NCBI GenBank assembly: GCA_004022145.1 | Contig: RCNU01000016.1 | Direction: 5' to 3' (one strand) | From: Paecilomyces variotii | Taxonomy: Eukaryota | Length of the DNA stretch: 64,000 nucleotides | In this document: piece after piece, positions 1 through 13,453 of the stretch | Layout of the letters: each line of letters opens with the position of its first letter | Numbering within the stretch: the stretch's first letter is position 1 | Program-made: the position numbers and the translations under genes | The notes under the pieces: model-generated | What the model saw: only the letters and a program-made list of their open reading frames with translations | What the model was told of the DNA's origin: nothing | Database searches by the model: none

Positions 1-1599
1 TGCCTAGCTGCCTCGCGCAAGAAGAAAGGAATCGACGCCATTGACAAAGCCTTCTTGAAGTCTCTCAGATACTACCCACGAGCCAAAAGTGCACTCACTC
101 AGTACAAGGTCATCGACTTCCATCCCTTCGACCCGGTTTCCAAAAAGGTTGTTGCCGTAGTCCAGTCTCCCCAGGGGGAACGAATCACCTGCGTCAAGGG
201 TGCTCCTCTTTTTGTTCTGAAAACTGTCGAAGAGGACCACCAAATCCCTGAGGAGATTGACAATGCATATAAGAACAAGGTCGCCGAGTTTGCTACTCGC
301 GGATTCCGCTCACTTGGAGTTGCTCGTAAGCGTGGAGAGGGCGCATGGGAGATTCTGGGAATCATGCCTTGCTCTGATCCACCTCGTCATGATACTGCAA
401 AGACCATCCATGAGGCGAAGACTTTGGGTCTTTCGATCAAGATGTTAACCGGTGATGCTGTTGGTATCGCCCGAGAGACTTCGCGACAGCTCGGTCTAGG
501 GACCAATGTATATAATGCGGAACGTCTCGGTTTGGGTGGTGGCGGCGACATGCCTGGTTCTGAGGTGTATGATTTTGTCGAAGCAGCAGATGGGTTTGCG
601 GAAGTATTCCCTCAGCACAAATATAACGTTGTCGAGATTCTACAACAGCGTGGCTACCTGGTCGCCATGACGGGGGATGGCGTCAATGATGCTCCATCTC
701 TCAAGAAAGCCGATACAGGAATCGCCGTCGAAGGTGCCTCAGATGCTGCACGCTCTGCTGCCGATATTGTGTTCCTCGCCCCAGGTCTATCTGCCATTAT
801 CGACGCTTTGAAGACTTCCCGCCAGATCTTCCACCGCATGTACGCGTATGTGGTGTACCGAATTGCGCTGTCACTGCATCTGGAGTTTTTCTTGGGCCTG
901 TGGATTGCTATCCTTAACGAAAGTCTGAACCTTCAACTGGTTGTCTTCATCGCTATTTTCGCAGACATTGCGACTCTGGCTATTGCTTACGACAATGCAC
1001 CGTATTCCAAGACACCAGTGAAATGGAATCTTCCTAAACTCTGGGGGATGTCCATTATCCTAGGCGTTGTTCTGGCTGTAGGCACGTGGATCGCCCTTAC
1101 TACCATGTTTGCTGGCGGAGAGGACGGTGGTATTGTGCAGAATTTCGGACGACGTGATGAGGTCCTTTTCCTTGAGATCTCGTTGACTGAAAACTGGTTA
1201 ATTTTCATCACCCGGGCCAATGGACCGTTCTGGTCCTCGATTCCATCGTGGCAGTTGACAGGAGCCATTCTGGTTGTTGATATTGTTGCAACCCTATTCT
1301 GCATATTCGGTTGGTTTGTCGGTGGCCAGACCTCGATCGTGGCTGTTGTCCGTATTTGGATCTTCTCATTTGGCGTCTTCTGTGTAATGGGCGGGCTCTA
1401 TTATCTTCTCCAGGGGTCTGCCGGGTTTGATAATTTGATGCACGGGAAGAGTCCCAAGGGTAGCCAGAAACAGCGTTCCCTGGAAGATTTCGGTGAGTGT
1501 CTCGTACTGACTGCATCTGAGTTAGAATATCATATACTGATTCTATTTCTAGTTGTCTCGCTGCAACGAGTCTCCACGCAGCATGAGAAGAGTTCATGA
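1..1599 (+). CDS. PMA1: Plasma-membrane P-type H+-ATPase (P3A), 5' end outside the window; terminal intron 1493-1552
   Basis: Frame 1 is open from base 1 ([20 protein letters not shown]). Contains KGAP, DPPR, MLTGD and [15 protein letters not shown]. Splicing GTGAGT..TAG restores the typical C-terminus [21 protein letters not shown]. Confidence 0.96.
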   Translation, partial: CLAASRKKKGIDAIDKAFLKSLRYYPRAKSALTQYKVIDFHPFDPVSKKVVAVVQSPQGERITCVKGAPLFVLKTVEEDHQIPEEIDNAYKNKVAEFATRGFRSLGVARKRGEGAWEILGIMPCSDPPRHDTAKTIHEAKTLGLSIKMLTGDAVGIARETSRQLGLGTNVYNAERLGLGGGGDMPGSEVYDFVEAADGFAEVFPQHKYNVVEILQQRGYLVAMTGDGVNDAPSLKKADTGIAVEGASDAARSAADIVFLAPGLSAIIDALKTSRQIFHRMYAYVVYRIALSLHLEFFLGLWIAILNESLNLQLVVFIAIFADIATLAIAYDNAPYSKTPVKWNLPKLWGMSIILGVVLAVGTWIALTTMFAGGEDGGIVQNFGRRDEVLFLEISLTENWLIFITRANGPFWSSIPSWQLTGAILVVDIVATLFCIFGWFVGGQTSIVAVVRIWIFSFGVFCVMGGLYYLLQGSAGFDNLMHGKSPKGSQKQRSLEDFGECLVLTASELEYHILILFLVVSLQRVSTQHEKSS

Positions 1600-2516
1600 G
1601 ATCTGGTTGAGACCAGCTGAAGCAGCGGCGGTTCTCCCTCTTCTGGTGATTGGCCACGGCATACATGATATGCCCCCTTTCCGGTTCAATGACTGATCTC
1701 TGATGATGCGCTGAGCTCAGATCTTCCTGCATGTCCCATGCCTAGTAATGCCGCTAACGTATCCTTGTCTTTTGGTCCAACACTTGTGGCACCGTATTCT
1801 GACTGGTGTAATTTCTTTTATGGCGACTGTCCCTTCCACATGACTATAGCGTCTTCTGTGTTCGTTGCACTGTGGATATATACCTGTTTATGGAGAGCAT
1901 GCCGGTGTGGAGTCGCGGTGGTATATAGCTTTCATTATTGTTTGCTAGGTACAATGGGCAGTACAGGAAATAGGAATAACAGGACTATTCTCATGCAGAT
2001 CATAGCAGCCAGGATAGAATGGAAGTCCGACTGTCAATCAAGGTCATGTAGTAAAATCACAGATGTAAACACTACACGTAGCACCCGACAGCATGGGAGA
2101 GACTTATGGCAAAAATAAGAAATGACATCGCCAAAGTACGGACTACCTTGTACATGACAATCCCGTCTCCAATGTCCCGCGGGGATCGATTGATCGGCGG
2201 GGTGAATCTCGGAAAATAACCAGGAATGCGGGGAAGCCAGACGCGATCACCAGATCCGTTCAGCACCGTCATTCAATTGAGCCGAGAACAGCCCCATTCG
2301 CTTGGTTTTGCTCGGTAGAATATGAATCGGTACAGTGTATTTTGCGCAATGGCACGGTAGTATTGCTAGAAGAATCGGCTCATGCGCGGGCTGGGACTAC
2401 CGGGTACCTGGATATATAAGAGACGTAGATAGTATCTCAACATGGAATTGCAGACTAGGTGTAGAGTCGGTTCTTTCTAGACGGATCGATACAGGACCAG
2501 ATGAAGATAGAACAAA

Positions 2517-3981
2517 ATGAAGCCGTTATTCGCAATCCTCACTGGTATCATAGCAGCAGCAGCAGCAGTGTCTGCGCAGTCCTTCGATCCCAATGGAGTC
2601 ACATCAAACCAGGGCTTCGATCCAGCTAAGGTCGGAACGAACAAGACGACCAATGCGACGTATTCGAATCCCATCATGACTGCCAATGCGGCTGATCCGT
2701 AAGTGATGCTTTTCATTTGAAATTGGTGAGCTACAGACTAATTTTGGGATATACATATATAGATTCATGACACGATACGACGACTGGTATCTGTTGACGT
2801 ATACAACGAACGATAATATCACGTTGAAGAGATCACATTCTCTAACAGATAACTGGGACGACGCAGAGACCCGTGTGGTCTTCAATCCAGATCCAAATAG
2901 CGGCGAGCCGTGGGCGACTGATGTTCGTTTTTCAGTTTTAACTCCTCATATAATAACTCTCTACTCTTGTTGATACTAATATACTAACCAACTCTTCCTT
3001 TCAAGCTCTGGGCCCCTGAAATCCACAACATCTCCGGAAAATGGTACATCATCTTCAGCGCAACCCCCGACGCTGACTCCCCCCACCCCCTCCAAGACGC
3101 AATGTGCCGATTCTCCTGCCCAGCCATCAACCACCGGATGTTCGTTCTCGAAAGCTCCGGCCCCGACCCCTGGACATCAACCTACAATCTAAAAGGCATG
3201 CTGAACACCTTCGACCAATTCGCCATCGACGGCACCTACTTCCACCACTCCAATAACCTCTACCATATCTATTCCTGCTGGGAAGACAAATATTCCGCCT
3301 GGCCGGCAAACCTATGCATCACGCGCCTCTCCTCCCCCTGGAACGTCAGCTCATCGTTACTCGAACGACGAATGATCTCCACTCCTTCTGAGCCATGGGA
3401 ACAAGTACCCTACGGTCGAGCGGGGCGATTAGCTACAAACGAAGGACCGCAGCAATTAACGAATCCGAAAACAGGACAGGAGTTCATTGTGTATTCGGCT
3501 GCGAGGGTGAATACGCCGTTTTATTGTCTCGGGTTGTTGGAATTGGTGGGTGATGATCCGATGGAGTATCAGAGTTGGAGGAAGAGGAGGGATGGGTGTG
3601 TGTTTCATCAGAATGGGAAGGAAGGGGTGTTTGGGACGGGGCATGCGAGTTTTACGGTTAGTAGTAGTAGTAGTAGTAGTGAGGATGGGGTGGAAAGTTG
3701 GTTGGTTTATCATGCGCAGACGGAGGCGGATCCGAGTGGTGAGTTTTCGACCCTTTTTTTTTTCTTTCTTTTCTATATCGGATGTTTTGGGCTCAGAGAA
3801 TACGCACCGGTATACCTGGTATATATATGGCTAACAGTATATATTTGTTCTAATTAAAAAAGCAAACCTCTACCGAACAATACGAACTCAGAAATTCACC
3901 TGGAATGAAGAAGACGGCACGCCTATTTTCCCTGCTGCTGCGAACGGGCCATTTCCTGTTCCGAAGGGGCAGGTCTCGTGA
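2517..3981 (+). CDS. Secreted GH43 glycoside hydrolase (arabinofuranosidase/arabinanase-like); exons 2517-2698, 2763-2922, 3006-3738, 3863-3981
   Basis: Signal peptide, then NPI..ADP, LWAPE, IDGT, NEGP, GTGHASF, LVYHA and C-terminal RTIRTQKFTWNEEDGTPIFP. Three GT-AG introns join the exons in frame. Confidence 0.9.
3660..3680 (+). repeat. (AGT)7 microsatellite encoding a poly-Ser run in the GH43 gene
   Basis: agtagtagtagtagtagtagt read directly from the sequence. Confidence 0.85.
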
Positions 3982-4731
3982 ATCGAATCATTAATTGTGT
4001 GAGTCAATCTCAACTACTCAACCACTCAGTCGGTCAGTTATGATAGATGAAGATGAAAGATCAAGATCGGATTGGATTAGATTAGACTAGGGTGGGTTGG
4101 GGGTGGGGGTTTGTGTGTACTGTACTGTACCTGTGGGATTAATTATTATTGTCTGTTGTTCATATTCGTTCTCCTCTATATCTATTTCTGGCTGGGGATG
4201 GGTATTGTATTTTGGGAGATGGATGGTAGGAATTGATTTAATATATAGATGGGCCTTAGGAGGATATGATTAACCTGGGTAGGTTGTTTGCTATACTCTT
4301 AAGTTAAGTCGTACCGCGGAAGAGATTCTCAATTACATTAACTAACTACATATACATGGATTAAAAACTACCTTCTAGTAACTCTTATACAGTTGTAGAC
4401 TCCTAACTTCTGCTTCTTATATAACACCCATACTCTGTACACTACAGCTCACAATTAGGAAATAATTAATTAGAGAAGGTAAAACGGCAATCTAGCTGAA
4501 TATCCACACAAAATCCAGGACAGAAACTATTTGCCGCGCTTTGTCCCCCTTTTCTCCCATCCACTCACCATTGTGCTTGCGCATGGTCGTTGTACAGTAG
4601 GAGATCGAAGGCCCGGCTGGTCATAATCAACACAAATCATATGGTAATGGTAAAAGGGTCGGGGAATACAGATGCTAAAATTGGAGATACAAAAAAGAAA
4701 AGCGCAAACGAAGGATATATGCAAAATGCAA

Positions 4732-7700
4732 TCAAGACTTGGACGTCAGGTAATCGGCGGCCTGGAACATGAGTCAGCGGTGGCTATCTCTAACTAATGC
4801 ATGCTCCCAATGTCTAACTGACCTTATCAATGTTATAGTCAAACTTCTCCAATGCAGCAAGGGATTCCTCTCGTGGGTAACCCATGCCCGTCAGCCGCTG
4901 CAAGATTAAGTCGTCTTCGCCCGTGTCAGCTTCCAGAGCCCATCCCGGCTGACGCTTAGAGTTCGAAGACTGCGTCGACTCCTGCGCATTTCCGTTGCTC
5001 TCACCTTCCTTTGGTGCTCCAAGGGGCGCAAAGAGGGCATCCCAGTCATGATTCGTTGCGGAGCCATTGCCTGACGCCGGAGACTTGGATGCATCAGCAG
5101 AAGGGCCTGCGGTATCAAAGCTGAAAAAGTCTGACGAGCCCGCATTGTGAGCGGGGAATGCCGCCTTGGGAGAGTCAAACGACATGTCGAAGTCGGTCGG
5201 GTTCTTGTTCGCGTTCGGTGTCTCAAACTCGTCATCATCGTCATCGTCGTCATCCGTCTCCTTGGCCGGAGCCAGATCAAGACCAGCAAAGGCAGCCTCA
5301 AAATCAGGCTTGCCAGCAGGCTTCTGGTCAGCGGCAGCAGTACCCCCCGCGGCATCCTTCTGTGCCTGGCCAGAAACGATCGGCGCACCGCTTGACGATT
5401 CTACAGAATGAGGAGCATCCGGTGGCTGCGTGGGATCCCCACGCTTCGGCAAGAGACCATTGAACTCGCGAGGGAAGTCATCCTGGGACTGTTCGGTCTG
5501 GTTGTAATCGGGAGGCGACTTTTGAGAGTCCGCAGGCGGAGGTGAGATTGAGGCGGTGCTTGTGCCAGGCGCTGGGAATGCGTGTAGCTGTGAAGCGTCT
5601 ACCCTTTCGTTCTTAGAGCCATCCTTGGTCTCTGGCGGGGAGGAAGGCGTGAAGTTATCATCGAACCCCATTGGAGCCTCGCTGTCGGTGCTATCATCAT
5701 CGTCGTCATTGTCGAGTTCTTTAATCGGGGGGAACTCGCTCTCCGCGACCACAGGAGGAGCAGCACCTCCGTTTGTCTGGCCGGTATGCTGAGGCTTCAT
5801 GGACGCAAAAGCTTCATCAAAGTCGTTCGCCTTCTGGGACTGCGATCTCTCCCGCGCCATACTTCCAAACAACTCGTCGAAACTTGGGTCCTTCTTGGCT
5901 TCGCCCTCTTGTTTAGCGGCGTCAGAAGAAGGGAAGTTTCCCGGCATCTCAGGGAATGGTGATGGCTTCAGCTCTTTATCCTGCGGCTCATCAAAAGGGG
6001 ACTCTATCTTTTCCTCGGGCTGCGGCTCTGATGGTGCAGCAGCACTTCCCACTGTCGATGCCTCCGACGCCTCAGCTCCAAACCTGCTGGCAGGCGGAGA
6101 GACTCTGGTTGAGGACGTCACTGACTGTGCCTGGAGGTCATCTCTCCCAAGGGGCAGAAAGGACGGGGTCATTTGCCTCGACTGGGACAGGGCTGGGGCT
6201 TCGCCGGCCACGCCCGGTGGAGGAGGGGAGACAGAAGGGGTGGGCACTCCAGATGTGGTCGGTGACTTGGACAGACTTCTGGCTCCCTGGACTGCAGAAG
6301 GGGATGCTGCCCGGAAAGCTGTTGGAGGCGGCGGAGAAGAAGTCGTCGGGGCCGCAAAGGATGGACCGAACAGATTGTCAAATGCAGTCTGCCGGTCAGT
6401 AGCTACTGGAGGAGTCGTTTCGGACGAACCGGTCATCTGTCTCTTGAAAAAAGGGTTTGTGCCTTGGCTGGTAGTCGAAACAGCCGGGCTGGCGACGCGC
6501 GGTGTGCCGGTCACGGCACCGATGGCGGCGCTGTCTTCTGGTTCTTGCCTATCCCTCCCTATGGCATCGATCTCAGCCTGGATCTTGTCCCTTTCGCCCT
6601 CCACCGTCGCCAACTGCTTCTTGTTGATGGCCACGAGGCCCTTCTGCTGTCGGGCTTCAGAACGAGCCTTCTCCAGCGCCGGCTTGAGTTGGCTAACAGC
6701 AGCGTTCGCCGCCTTGATCTTCTCTTTCAGGCTCGCATTCTCACTCTGATCAGCGGCCAGTGCGGCGGAGACCTGGTTGTACTGGTTCTGGAGGTCTTGT
6801 CGGCTGCCTTCGATCAAGGCGTATTCTTGCTGTAGCCGCTTGGTTTCAGCTCGAGAGGTATTCAGCCGCTCCTCGAGGGCCTTGAAGTCCTTGACCTCCT
6901 TCTCGTACATCGCTCTGGCCTGTGCCAGTCGCGCTTCAAAGTCACGCTTCTGCTGAGAATTCTGTGTGAGTTCCTGCTCGCTGGCTGCACGCTTTCCCTG
7001 CACGTTCTGCATCTCCCTGGACAAGGAGCCGATTTGGTTGGACAGGTTAGCAAGTTCGGTCGTCTCCTGAGTGAGCTTGTTGCTCTCCTCCGGGTCATTG
7101 TCACCCAGCAGATCATCCGAAGGCGGCGGTGGTGATTTGATAGGCCGTGGAGGGCTTACAGGAGATGCACCGGTCAGCTGCGGGTTCAGACTCTGGCCAA
7201 AAGACGACGTCGGGACGAAGGGCCTAAAGGTAGAAGATGCACCCTGCGGAGAAGAAGCTCGCGCGGGGGATCCGGGAACCTGGAATGCCGTGTTTGATCC
7301 TCCCGTCATTTGAGGAATCTGGGATGGAGCGGCCGGCGGCGGCGGCGCAGCGATAGAATCCAGTCCGAATAGGTCATCGGCGGCAGATCTTGGAACTGGT
7401 GCTGGTGCTGGCGCAGGTACAGGAGCCGGCGCTGGTACCGGCCTCGCGAATTGACGACGCATGCTTGGAGGTATCAACGCAGGAGGGAGTACTTGAGGAA
7501 GAGGCTCCTTTCTAGCCCGCTGCCCGCGGACCAGATGCATGGCGACGGCGAATTCATCTGGGGTGAGCTGCCCGTCAGAGTCGATATCCGCCAGGTCCCA
7601 TATTTGAGCCAGAACTTCCTCCGGCAGCTGTGCGTTAGTGAAGAAAGCGACGGCCTGGTCGCCGCTGATCGCGCCCGCCTTTGCGGTATCGACTGTTGTG

Positions 7701-8950
7701 AAGATGTTGTCATAGTGTGCCTTTTCTTGAGGCGTGATCAACCAGTCGTTACCGGTAGACTGCGCTGAAAGAGGAGATGCGTAGAGCTGTCTGTTGATGG
7801 GGCTCTGGGTCCGCTGGGGGCCGGTGAACTGCTTAGGGATGGCAGGGACTGGGGGGATGTCTGAGCCTTGCCGTGAGCCTGTAGATGTCCGGACCCCTCT
7901 GCGAGCAGCAGCCTCGAACAGTGCGGGGGGTAGAGTAGGGGGGATGGCTCTCATGGCACCGGTCTTGTAGGAAGTCAACAGGTGCATAGCAACTATGAAC
8001 TCAGTCGCATCCAGAGCTCCGCGCTGTCTCGTATCCGCCAAATTCCATATCCGACCCAAGACCTCATTTGGTAGTCGAGCGCGCTCAAAGATCTGCTTTG
8101 CAGCCTCACCTACGCGACCATAGATATTAGCCCATGAACAACACCCCACAGCCGGTAGACGTACCTGAAAGAATACCCCCCTGGACATCAGACTTCTCGA
8201 ACAAAGAGTAGAACTTGTTCACATCATCCGGATTCAATGGCGGGACCCGTGCAGGTCCGCCAGCAGAGGGCGGGGGACTGACGGCTCCGTCGGCAGTGCG
8301 CGGAGGGGGAACGGTGACATTCAGGCCTTCGAACTTGGGCAACGGACCGGCTGCATACACGATATAACCCGTTAGTACCGAGGTAGCCTTCTTGTGCAAA
8401 TCGAAAATGCGCAGCCGAAAGTGTACTCACGCTGCAGTGCCAATTCCTCCGTCGGTACGCGACCAGCTTGCGCATGTCCAATCAATCTCAGCACGACGCT
8501 GAAACCCGACGGCGTCAGGAGGCCTCTGTTCTCTTTGTCCGCGAGTTGCCAGATCTATTGCCATCCCAGTAGAAATAATCAGCAATCAGGACTCTTGATG
8601 TGTGTTGATATTCCATACGCGACTGGTAATTGCACACGACGTACCAATCCGAGTGTATCCGGAGGGAGCTTGGTCTTCTCGAAGAACGGCACGGCAACCT
8701 CACCGGTGACGACACCGAGGTTGGTGGTATCTGCCGCCTGGAAGAGCTGGTAGAACACCCGCTTCTCCTCCGACGTGAGGTTGAGATTGGGATGAGTCGG
8801 TCCTGCGGCTTTGTAGATATTCCTGTCAGCTCCGCTGTAGTACATACACCCTGGGGCCCTCATCCCCTGCTATGCGCTCCAGCCAGCTCATGGTGTCTTC
8901 AAAAAAGGCCCGTACATAGGGAGCTTTTGGTACTCACCTGTCTCCGGCAT
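4732..8950 (-). CDS. EDE1: Eps15/Ede1-like endocytic scaffold (three EH domains, coiled coil, NPF/DPF-like region, C-terminal UBA); multi-exon
   Basis: EH signatures (LGLIWQLAD, LGRIWNLAD, LAQIWDLAD), central coiled coil, NPFF and UBA motif LTGMGYPREESLAALEKFDYNIDK|AADYL. Start MPET at 8950; spliced last exon ends TGA at 4732. Confidence 0.92.
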
Positions 8951-9945
8951 GATTGCTGTTCAGGACCACGTGGACCTTCTCTTGCTTCCCAAGGTAGCTA
9001 GATGAGAGAGGGGGACGACGCCAGTCGCTCTAGTTAGCTAAGGGAGGCCAGCGGCATAGACGGCCCAACCGCCAGCTGAGAGGGGGGCAGCGAAGCAGGC
9101 AGAAAGGATAGATAATGCTGGAAACAATTGAGAACAGGCCCGGACCGTCAGCAGAGGGAGAGAACGGGGACAGCCCGTAGACTGGGAGGAGAGAATATCG
9201 ACGGGGACAAGACAAGGTGCTTGCATCGAACGGGGTAAGATCATAGCTGGATGGAGTTGGGAGGTCAATTAATGCTAACTAACTAACTAGTGAGTTAATG
9301 CTTCCGGGGAGAGCTGCTTACGTGACCCCGTCACTCCCTCCTGGCCCCTCCAACTCCACGCCGAACAAAAGGGATAAATGGATGGATAAATCCAGGTGAA
9401 TAAAAAAAAATAAAGACACAGACTGTTTTTCTTTATTTGTCTTGATGAGAGTGAAGATATCTCGTCAGGTCTGGTCTTGTCAGCATCTGCGTGGTCCGGG
9501 GGTAGCTATGGCATACTATGGCATACTATGACGGCACGACTACTCCTACTACAGTAGTAAGTAGAATAAGTAGTATACTACTATTACTGCAACCAACGGA
9601 ACGAGTGGAAAATTCATTACTTTCTTAGGGATATTAAAATTGGTATAGCCCTCCAAAGAAACACAAGAAATGAGAGTCTGTCCTGGACGGCCGGAGCTAA
9701 ACAAATTTTCTTTCTCCCATCGCGACCGAACAGTTACCCCGAGTCTCAGGAAAAAAAGACCCTTCTTTTTGCCTCTCCAGTGCGCGCAAAAAGAAAAAGA
9801 TAAGGAAACATGGCTAGATGGCTAATGGCATGGGTATATTACGAGACTCGGCGCGTGGTAGCTTGGTGCAGGGTCGTCACGCCGTTGCTCTTCACCACCT
9901 AGCTCCCAGCTTCCTCTTCGACGCCTGCAGAGGGCCTTCTTCCGT

Positions 9946-11690
9946 CTAGTACTCGGCCTCGACCTCCTCCTCTTCCAGCGAGTCGCTGGCCACCTCCTCG
10001 TAGTCACGCTCCAGGGCAGCCAGGTCCTCACGGGCCTCGGAGAACTCACCTTCCTCCATACCTTCACCAACATACCAGTGGACGAACGCACGCTTGGAGT
10101 ACATGAGGTCGAACTTGTGGTCGAGAGCGGACCAGGCCTCGGAGATGGCGGTGGTGTTGGACAGCATGCAGCTGTTTTCGTCATTAGCAATCTGACCCCA
10201 TTTCGTTTTAGGCAAGGTAATACTTACACAGCACGGTTGACCTTGGCCAGATCGCCGTTGGGAACCATCTGTGGGGGCTCGTAGCAGATACCGATCTTGA
10301 AACCGGTAGGACACCAGTCGACGAACTGGATGGTGCGCTTGGTCTTGAGGGTCGCGACGGCGGCGTGGGTCTCCTTGGGGACGACGTCGCCACGGTACAG
10401 CAGACAGGTGGCCATGTACTTGCCATTGCGGGGGTCGCACTTGACCATCTGGTTGTTGGGCTCGAAGCAAGACATGGTGATCTCGTTGACCGAGTTGGAC
10501 TCGTGGGAAGCCTTGGCAGCAGACACGACGGGGGCGTAGGCGACCAGAGGGAAGTGGATACGGGGGTAGGGGACCAGGTTGGTCTGGAACTCGTTCAGGT
10601 CGACGTTGAGGGATCCATCGAAGCGCAGAGAAGCGGTGATGGAGGAGACAACCTGGGCGATCAGACGGTTGAGGTTGTCGTAGCCGGGGCGCTCAATTCC
10701 GAGGTTGCGGCGGCAGATGTCGTAGATGGCCTCGTTGTCGACCATGAAGCTGCAGTCGGAGTGCTCGAGAGTGGTGTGGGTGGTGAGGATGGAGTTGTAG
10801 GGCTCGACCACCGAGGTAGCGTTCTGGGGAGCCGGGTAGACACAGAACTCGAGCTTGGACTTCTTGCCGTAGTCAACGGAGAGGCGCTCCATCAGGAGAG
10901 CACCGAAACCGGAACCAGTACCACCACCGAAAGAGTGGAAGACGAGGAAACCCTGCAGACCAGCGCAGTTGTCGGCCACGCGGCGGACCTTGTCGAGGAC
11001 CTGGTCGATCATCTCCTTGCCGACGGTGTAGTGACCACGGGCGTAGTTGTTAGAGGCATCCTCCTTACCGGTGACCATCAACTCGGGGTGGAAGAGGGAG
11101 CGGTAGGGACCGGTGCGGACCTCGTCGACGACATTGGGCTCGAGGTCAGCGTAGATGGTACGGGGGACGTATTTGCCCTGGCCTGGCGGAGTGAAGATGG
11201 CGTTAGAAGGTGGGCGACAAGCATCAATTATTTAGATCTATATCATCATCACATACCCGTCTCGGAGAAGAAAGTGCTGAATCCATGGTCGGGATCGGCG
11301 GCTTTACGCTCCTCCGTCAGGTATCCATCGGGCTATGTGTATTTGTCAGTCACGAACATCCGGTGAGGGGAGGGGACTGTCCGTCTATGGCGGTGTCACC
11401 ATGACGGCCACAGACAGGATCGAATGGCATACCTGAATACCGTGCTCGAGACAGTAGAGCTAGAGAGCAGTCGTGTCAGTAATCGCGGGATATCTTTTTC
11501 CGGGATTGAAAGATAGGAGGAGGAGGGGGGAAAAAGTGATCGTGCTCGTACCTCCCAGCAGGAGTTGGCGATCTGGCAACCAGCCTGACCGACTATAGAC
11601 AGCAAATGAATATCAGCAGGGGTTCTTCTTGCAGCATGCAAGCAGTGGTGATAGGCCCAACGCACCGTTCAAACTGATAACTTCTCTCAT
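9946..11690 (-). CDS. tubA: Alpha-tubulin, several short 5' exons
   Basis: MREVISLN start, GGGTGSG signature, C-terminal EEEEVEAEY. Confidence 0.98.
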
Positions 11691-12552
11691 CTTGTCGGGT
11701 TGACCTGCGCGATGCGGAGATCAATTGATAGGGGGCAGAGTGGGATGGCGGACGTGATGGAACGGAAAAGGCCACGGACGCGGGAGGAGGGAGAACCGCT
11801 AATCCACAGCAGAACGGGAGGAGAAGACCGTTGGAGGGGAAGGTAGAAGTGATTGATGGACAACGGGGAGGATGTAGAGATGGGAAGATCAGAGAGACTC
11901 GAGAGGCTCTGCGAGTGAAGCCAAGCGGTTCGTTTTTGTTGTGGAAGAGCCAGCAGAGCGCAGGAGCCACCGCCTGCGCTGTCATTTGAGCCAGTTCGCT
12001 GCCTTCGCCGCGCTGGTTCGTGTTTACTTCGCCCGATCCGGTAAGGCGCGTGACACGCGTGTCTTCATTGGTCAATCCTTGCCCCGTGACTCCCCCGTGA
12101 TCCCGGCCGGCGGTGAGTAGGGGGGTGTGGTCATGTGATGTATCAGTCAGCAGGGTCCATGACGGCATTTAAGTTAGTTAACTTAACTGGATCATCATAA
12201 TCGAGGAGATGGAAACTCGTTGCGAGCTGGCAATCCAAGGACCAGGCCAATGGCAAGTTCAATCAATCCAGGTTCTGCGTCAGAGATCAATTAATTATCC
12301 TGGTGCCTTCATATGGTTATACCGAATCTTCGCGTGACAGATAGAGTGGCCAAATCCTCGACTCGTCCAGTATGTATGTACTCCGTAGTCAGGATCATCC
12401 ATGATGGCCGCCATGCGCATTTCTGAAACACCCCAGACTCCAGAATCCAGATAACCTACTCTAGTGCAGATCATCAATCATCCTAGTCAATTTCCTCTAG
12501 ACGCGCTTAATTCAATCATCTTCATCTTTCTCAACCCCAGAAAAATAATCGG

Positions 12553-13453
12553 ATGAAAAACACAATGCACCTCCTCAGCTCCCTCCTCCCCCTCCCCCTC
12601 CTATTATGCCTTCTATCCCTTCTCATCTCCCCCACCAACGCCAACACCGAAAAGACCATCTTCATCGCGCCCCAACCACTCCCGGTCCCCTCTCAGCAAG
12701 CGGCCATCGATGATCTCGGTCTGGAACGCTTATCGCCTGAAGCACCGGTGCTGCGCACGTATCTGAACGCGTCGTTCCCGACGGAAGAGGCGCCGTTGGG
12801 GTCCGAGTCGTGGTTCTTTCTCGAGGATCTCAACCCCGGTCAGAGGTATGAGGTCAGGGTCTGTTGGTTGGCTACGGTATGTATTTCTTTCTTCCTTCCT
12901 CTCCTCTCTTCTTCTTCTGATTTTCTTTTCTTCATACAATATTCAAAATGTGAAAATCAATGCTAACAAGAAACCTAAGCAACCAACCTCATTCCACCTA
13001 ACAACATACACCCTCTCATCCATCCTCGAAGACGACCCGACTCTCCTCTCCTCCATCACCGCCTTCAGCTCCTCTCGTCTCTCTTCCCTCGAAGCTATCA
13101 AACCCTCCTCGCAGGACGACACTCTCGTCTCTTTCTCCGACCCCTCCCATGCGCCCCCATCCACCTCCTCCGCCTCACCCAAAGAATCCGTTCTCTTTCT
13201 ACGCATCTACGCTGCGGCCGATTACTTCACTCTCGATGAGGGCCTGATGCGTTCCCCCCCGCCCGTGCTGGTCGATTTGATCCTCGATCCGTATTTACTA
13301 AATGTGTTTCCGAGATCGTTGGTCCCGACGGCGGGGTGGGTGATTGTTGTCGCGGGTGTGTCGTGGGTGGTGGGTGGGTTCGTGGTTAGGTTGGTGCAGG
13401 GGATTGCGAGGGAGGCGGAGAAGAATGAAGAAGAGGGGAAGAAGAGGCGGTGA
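12553..13453 (+). CDS. ER membrane protein, probable GPI-mannosyltransferase II co-activator (Pga1-like); intron 12877-12979
   Basis: Signal peptide then NTEKTIF, spliced YEVRVCWLAT|QPTSF, LILDPYLLNVFP, one C-terminal TM helix and basic terminus GKKRR. Family recalled from motifs only. Confidence 0.7.

Noticed and set aside
1738-2118. 126-aa ORF downstream of the ATPase
   Set aside because: Lies in the probable 3'-UTR/terminator region and has non-coding-like composition.
9507-9530. Short tandem repeat of the 10-nt unit TATGGCATAC; also the (TA)n run near 30891-30915
   Set aside because: Ordinary intergenic micro/minisatellites, not CRISPR-like (no spacers, eukaryotic context).
10365-11366. 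333-aa plus-strand ORF, and similar long antisense ORFs over EDE1, QCR2 and RVB2 (5799-6749, 17178-17981, 40770-42128)
   Set aside because: Antisense shadows of strongly codon-biased genes, with no independent protein features.
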